Assembly: GCA_036388995.1 (NCBI GenBank)
Contig: DASVQU010000001.1
Coordinates: 81-64,080 of the forward strand
Direction: 5' to 3'
Length of the DNA stretch: 64,000 bases
Source: Pyrinomonadaceae bacterium
GTDB lineage: Bacteria; Acidobacteriota; Blastocatellia; Pyrinomonadales; Pyrinomonadaceae
Shown here: positions 59,979 through 64,000 of the stretch, piece by piece
How positions within the stretch are numbered: the stretch's first letter is position 1
Layout: every line of letters starts with the position of its first letter
The notes under the pieces: generated by a model
Told to the model about the DNA's origin: nothing
What the model saw: only the letters and a program-made list of their open reading frames with translations
Database searches by the model: none
Position numbers and translations under genes: made by a program

Positions 59979-60482
59979 TTAAGCGCCTTGCTGATTGTCA
60001 GGCGGAATAACCAATTCCTGTCCGACTTGAATCATATCGGGGTCTTTGATTTTGTCCCGATTTGCGTAAAAGATTTGCATATAATGCGAGCCGTCGCCGT
60101 AATGGTTTTTGGCGATTTTCCATAAGCTGTCACCGGATTGGACGGTGTAAGTTTGCTGTTGCTGATTAGCGGCGGCTTGTTCGTATTGTTGTTGCTGCGC
60201 GTTGACTTGTAAATCCAAATCGCCATAACTCGAATCAATCGAATTAAACGCGCCGACGATTTGGTCAGCCGACGATTGATCCGAAGCCGTGATTCGCGCG
60301 ATAAGACGGTCGCCTTCGACATAAAGTCCCTCAACTCGCCCGCCCATTGAATCCGCCATATTCAGCGCCGAAAGATATTTTCCTTTCAAACGTGCAAATT
60401 TCTGCTCTGAGTTTTCGGTTTGCTCCTGCGCTTGCGAAGAGCCGTAGCCGAACATTTTTCCAATTGAATCAAAAAGTCCCAT
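59979..60482 (-). CDS. BON/LysM protein, Kbp(YgaU)-like
   Basis: MGLFDSIGKMFG N-terminus. C-terminal LysM domain YTVQSGDSLWKIAKNHYGDGSHYMQIFYANRDKIKDPDMIQVGQELVIP. Confidence 0.75.
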   Translation of the reverse strand: MGLFDSIGKMFGYGSSQAQEQTENSEQKFARLKGKYLSALNMADSMGGRVEGLYVEGDRLIARITASDQSSADQIVGAFNSIDSSYGDLDLQVNAQQQQYEQAAANQQQQTYTVQSGDSLWKIAKNHYGDGSHYMQIFYANRDKIKDPDMIQVGQELVIPPDNQQGA

Positions 60483-60712
60483 TTCCCATGTTCTCCTTCT
60501 AACGATTTCGGTTGATTTTTTAAATTATGTACTGCTTCGAACAGCAAGGCAAGAAATTTATTTTTACAATCGCGTAAATTTTGTGGAAAGACAAAGCTAT
60601 TAAAACTTTTTGGATTTTAGCTTTCAATGCGCAGCAGAAATGTTGCGCATCCCTTACCCCGCTTCTCACGACAGTTTTTATCATCTTGCAAACCTTTCAA
60701 ACCGACAAATTA

Positions 60713-62755
60713 ATGTTGGCAACCCGTACTGAAAAATCCATAGCCGGAAATGCAGCCCCGACGGCGGGCGAAACTTCGCCGATTCTCATCATTTCCGAAC
60801 AAGCGGATAAATCATTTTGTTCGTTTCTCGAAAACGACAATTTCAAGATTTTCCTCGCCTCGGACGCGGTTTCGGCGCTCGATCAATTCGATTTGCACTC
60901 ACCGGAACTCGTTTTGCTCGAATCTTCGTTTTCCGAAGTTTCACCCGTCGGTTTGTGCGAGCTTTTGCGCGCGAAAAAAGGGCGTGAGCATCTGCCGATT
61001 TTAGTTTTTTCCACCAAAATCGAAGACGAATTGGAAGAAACGGCTTTCGATTGCGAAGCCGACGATTTTTTGCGCGTTTCGATTTCGGAAAAAGAATTTT
61101 TGTGGCGCGTCCGCAAACAGCTTCAAGCGGGGCGCGAACGCCGCGCTTTTGTCGGAGAAAACCGCGTTTCATCTTTTTTGTCCGAGCTTGGTCGCAATTT
61201 GCTCGTGACGCTCGAACCCGAACAGGCTTTGACGCAAACCGCCGCCGCGACTTACGAAGTCACGGAAGCCGCCGCCTGCGCTGCCGCCGCTTTAATTACC
61301 GGAAATTCCGCCACCGTTTCGTCTTTCAACCGCGAAGGCTCGGCGGAAGGCGCTTCGGAGATTTACCCGGAACGACTCAAAAAATGGCTGCAAACCGAAG
61401 CAGTCGAATCGGCTCTGCTCACCGAGCAGCGCGATTTTCTTCTTAAAGATGAATTTCACCAATGCGAATATCTCGCGCCTTTGATTATCGGCGACCGGAC
61501 GAAAGGCGCGCTCGTCGTCGGTTTCGATAACATCAACGATTGCACCGAGGAAAACCGCCGCATTATTGATGCCGCCGCCGAATTAGCGGCGATGTCGGTT
61601 CACATCACGTCGCTTTACGACGCCGCGCTCAATGCTTCGGTTTATTTCGCTCAGGAAGAGCAAAAACGCTTTACCGAAGCGATTCTCGATGCGCTTCCGG
61701 TTTCGCTTTACGCGATTGACAAAGATTATCGGGTTGTCGCCTGGAACAAGCATCGCGAGCTTGGAAAACAGGGGATTCCGCGCGAATCGGCAATCGGGCG
61801 CAACGTTTTCGACGTTCTCCCGCGCCAGCCGCGCGAAACGCTCGAACGCGAGTTTGAACGCGCTTTTGTGACGGGAAAAATCGAGCGCGTCGAACAAAAA
61901 ACGACCGATGAAAATGGTGCAGCGAAACATTGGCTCGTCAGCAAAGTACCGATGCGCGATTCCGCGACGGGCGAAGTCTCGCACGTAATCAGCGTCGGCG
62001 AAGACATTACGGCTCGCGTCGAAGCGACGCACGCCGTCGCGCGCGCAGAAAAATTAGCCGCCGTCGGGCGTCTCGCCGCAGGCGTGGTTCACGAAATCAA
62101 CAATCCGCTGGCAACGATTGCCGCCTGCGCCGAAGCTCTCGAAGCGCGAACCGACGAAGGCGCTTACGGAACAGGCGAAGACGCCGACGATTTGCGCGAT
62201 TATCTAAACTTAATCCGCAGCGAGGCTTTTCGCTGCAAATCAATCACCAACGGTCTGCTCGATTTTTCGCGCGTTCGCACCGGCAGACAAATGCTCGCCG
62301 ATGTTGCCCAAATCGTTCGCTCTTCGACGAACCTTCTCGGACATCAGAAACGCGGCAGAAACGTCGAAATTGCGGTTGAAATCAATTCCGATTTGCCCAA
62401 AGTTTCCGCCGACGAAGGACAAATTCAACAAGCCATTATCGCGCTGGCGACGAACGCGATTGACGCGATGCCCGACGGAGGACGTTTGACGTTTCGCGCT
62501 TATGCCCGTCGTCAAAGGGTTTTTCTCGAAATCGAGGACACCGGAATCGGCATTCCGCCGGAAAATATCGCTAAAATTTTCGAGCCATTCTTTACGACCA
62601 AAGAAGTCGGCAAAGGAACTGGTTTAGGTTTGGCTGTCTGTTATGGTATAGTTACCGAGCACGGCGGAAGTCTCAACGTCCGCTCCACCGTCGGAATCGG
62701 TTCGACATTTACCATTTCGCTTCCAATTAAATTTGATAATGCCCCTGAAAAATGA
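60713..62755 (+). CDS. cytoplasmic sensor histidine kinase: degenerate receiver-like + GAF-like + PAS + HisKA/HATPase
   Basis: ATG at 60713; the track start is a TTG. Receiver-like N-terminus with LVLLESS in place of the phospho-Asp. H-box [12 protein letters not shown]-box ATNAIDAM, G-boxes EDTGIGI and [10 protein letters not shown]. Confidence 0.8.
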   Translation: MLATRTEKSIAGNAAPTAGETSPILIISEQADKSFCSFLENDNFKIFLASDAVSALDQFDLHSPELVLLESSFSEVSPVGLCELLRAKKGREHLPILVFSTKIEDELEETAFDCEADDFLRVSISEKEFLWRVRKQLQAGRERRAFVGENRVSSFLSELGRNLLVTLEPEQALTQTAAATYEVTEAAACAAAALITGNSATVSSFNREGSAEGASEIYPERLKKWLQTEAVESALLTEQRDFLLKDEFHQCEYLAPLIIGDRTKGALVVGFDNINDCTEENRRIIDAAAELAAMSVHITSLYDAALNASVYFAQEEQKRFTEAILDALPVSLYAIDKDYRVVAWNKHRELGKQGIPRESAIGRNVFDVLPRQPRETLEREFERAFVTGKIERVEQKTTDENGAAKHWLVSKVPMRDSATGEVSHVISVGEDITARVEATHAVARAEKLAAVGRLAAGVVHEINNPLATIAACAEALEARTDEGAYGTGEDADDLRDYLNLIRSEAFRCKSITNGLLDFSRVRTGRQMLADVAQIVRSSTNLLGHQKRGRNVEIAVEINSDLPKVSADEGQIQQAIIALATNAIDAMPDGGRLTFRAYARRQRVFLEIEDTGIGIPPENIAKIFEPFFTTKEVGKGTGLGLAVCYGIVTEHGGSLNVRSTVGIGSTFTISLPIKFDNAPEK

Positions 62756-62761
62756 TTCGGT

Positions 62762-62827
62762 TTTCGGATTAGAAATTTTAAAACCCCCATCTTCGCCTTA
62801 TAATCCGAAATCTGAAATCTGCAAATT
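62762..62827. repeat. intergenic hairpin TTTCGGATTA...TAATCCGAAA followed by GAAATCT x2 heptamers
   Basis: 10-bp inverted repeat at 62762..62771 / 62801..62810. Then GAAATCTGAAATCTGCAAATT directly upstream of the activator gene ATG. Confidence 0.6.
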
Positions 62828-62830
62828 ACA

Positions 62831-64000
62831 ATGACTCGTTTGCTTGTAGTTGATGACGAAACCAATTTGCGTTTGGTGATTCAAAAAGAATTGCGCCGTT
62901 TAGGTTACGACACCGAAGTCGCCTCAGACGGCGAAGAAGCCTGGTCTTTGCTTGAGAAAAAAGAATACGACGTTCTGCTCTGCGACATTTCGATGCCGCG
63001 CTTGAACGGCATCGATCTGCTGCGCCGCATCCGCGACCGCCGCCCGAATCCGCCCGAAACGATTATGCTGACCGGGCAGGCGACGGTTGATTCGGCAATC
63101 GAGGCGATGAAGCTCGGCGCTTACGATTATTTGACCAAGCCTTACCGAATCGTCGAGCTTTCCGCGCTCGTCAAAAAAGCGTCGGAAAAACGCAATCTTC
63201 GCACTGACAATCAACGCCTGCGCGCCACAATCGAACGATGCAGCATTCCGCAAACCGACATCATTGCCGAATCAAAAGCGATGAAGGAAACTCTGCGGCT
63301 CGTCGAGCGCGTCGCTCCGTCGGACGCTTCGGTTTTGGTTACTGGCGAATCGGGAACGGGCAAAGAGCTGATCGCGCAGGCAATTCACCGAATGTCGAAA
63401 CGCGCGAGCAATTCTTTCGTTGATTTAAACTGCGCCGCGCTGCCCGATTCGCTTCTTGAATCTGAGCTTTTCGGTTACGAATCAGGCGCGTTTTCAGGCG
63501 CTAAAAACCGCAAGCTCGGTCTTTTTGAATTAGCCGACGGCGGCACTCTGTTTTTGGACGAAATAATGGAGATGCCGATGGCGCTGCAATCGAAATTGCT
63601 CCGCGCGCTCGAAACCCGCTCGTTTTTCCGCGTCGGCGGGACTCGCAAAGTCGAAGTCAACGTCCGGCTCGTCGCCGCGACGAATCGCATTCCCGAAGAA
63701 GCGGTCAATGAAGGCGCTTTCCGTATGGATTTGCTTTACCGCGTCAACACTTTCGGCATTCATCTGCAACCCTTGCGCGAACGCCGCGACGACATCGAAC
63801 CGCTCGCCAGACATCTGCTCAAACAGCTCGCGGGCGCGAACGCTCCGAAATTGTCGAAAGATGCTCTCGAAGCCCTGCGCGCTTACAAATGGCGCGGCAA
63901 CGTCCGACAATTGAAAAATTGCCTGGAGCGCGCAGTTCTGCTGTGTGACACGGGCGTAATTACCATCAGAGAATTGCCGCCGGAAGTTGCCGGAACCGAC
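62831..64000 (+). CDS. sigma-54-dependent response regulator (NtrC family), C-terminus beyond the right edge
   Basis: Not in the ORF track because there is no stop in the window. Hand translation gives MTRLLVVDDETNLRLV...VLLCDISMPRLNG (receiver). AAA+ domain has GESGTGKE, ELFGYESGAFSGA (GAFTGA variant), LFLDEI and VRLVAATN. Confidence 0.85.
   Translation, partial: MTRLLVVDDETNLRLVIQKELRRLGYDTEVASDGEEAWSLLEKKEYDVLLCDISMPRLNGIDLLRRIRDRRPNPPETIMLTGQATVDSAIEAMKLGAYDYLTKPYRIVELSALVKKASEKRNLRTDNQRLRATIERCSIPQTDIIAESKAMKETLRLVERVAPSDASVLVTGESGTGKELIAQAIHRMSKRASNSFVDLNCAALPDSLLESELFGYESGAFSGAKNRKLGLFELADGGTLFLDEIMEMPMALQSKLLRALETRSFFRVGGTRKVEVNVRLVAATNRIPEEAVNEGAFRMDLLYRVNTFGIHLQPLRERRDDIEPLARHLLKQLAGANAPKLSKDALEALRAYKWRGNVRQLKNCLERAVLLCDTGVITIRELPPEVAGTD

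Noticed and set aside
1-64000. tRNA, rRNA, tmRNA, RNase P or riboswitch genes
   Set aside because: I scanned the intergenic regions by eye for T-loop (GGTTCGAAT-like) and other conserved cores. I found only matches inside coding regions without cloverleaf context, so none is reported.
1-64000. PEP-CTERM-tagged substrate proteins near the exosortase
   Set aside because: I checked the C-termini of all called proteins for P-E-P followed by a TM helix and an Arg-rich tail. None qualifies. The 55-aa ORF at 23334..23501 lacks the PEP motif.

Overview
This is a gene-dense 64-kb chromosomal segment with about 50 CDS. I found no rRNA, tRNA or CRISPR array. The gene content looks acidobacterial: a TIGR03436-type VWA domain, a CarboxypepD_reg-type TonB-dependent receptor, an exosortase/PEP-CTERM EPS locus and many FG-GAP proteins. 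The taxon is inference only. Main blocks, left to right: (1) ctaA, then a visibly AT-richer accessory islet (about 2.3-4.3 kb) holding a transposase tail remnant, small membrane ORFs and a recurring GTCTCAAAAA..TTTTTGAGAC palindrome. (2) Secreted FG-GAP propeller proteins, a PhoD-like phosphatase and a TonB-dependent receptor. (3) An XrtA/PEP-CTERM-type exopolysaccharide locus (16.9-27.6 kb): Wza-like exporter, priming sugar transferase, tyrosine autokinase, ExeA-like ATPase, chain-length determinant, PrsT-like TPR lipoprotein and an exosortase-EpsI fusion. (4) An ispA-xseB-xseA operon whose upstream end is a Dam-class methyltransferase plus two paralogous PD-(D/E)XK-like nuclease modules; one of these is fused to a signal-peptide/VWA protein. 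This is my top candidate for something undescribed. (5) A Ser/Thr kinase. (6) A candidate phosphorus-free lipid cluster: PHP phosphoesterase, two GT4 glycosyltransferases, a membrane protein, an FtsX-type permease and btaA/btaB-like genes. (7) Housekeeping and signalling genes: queA, rimI-like, an HD-GYP/GAF/GGDEF sensor, and a histidine kinase with a sigma54 activator. Superimposed on all of this is a family of hairpins whose arms are short tandem repeats with a 7-9 nt period. At least 8 are intergenic. Degenerate in-frame copies lie inside the kinase and exosortase genes. Product names come from motif recognition by eye; no searches were run.
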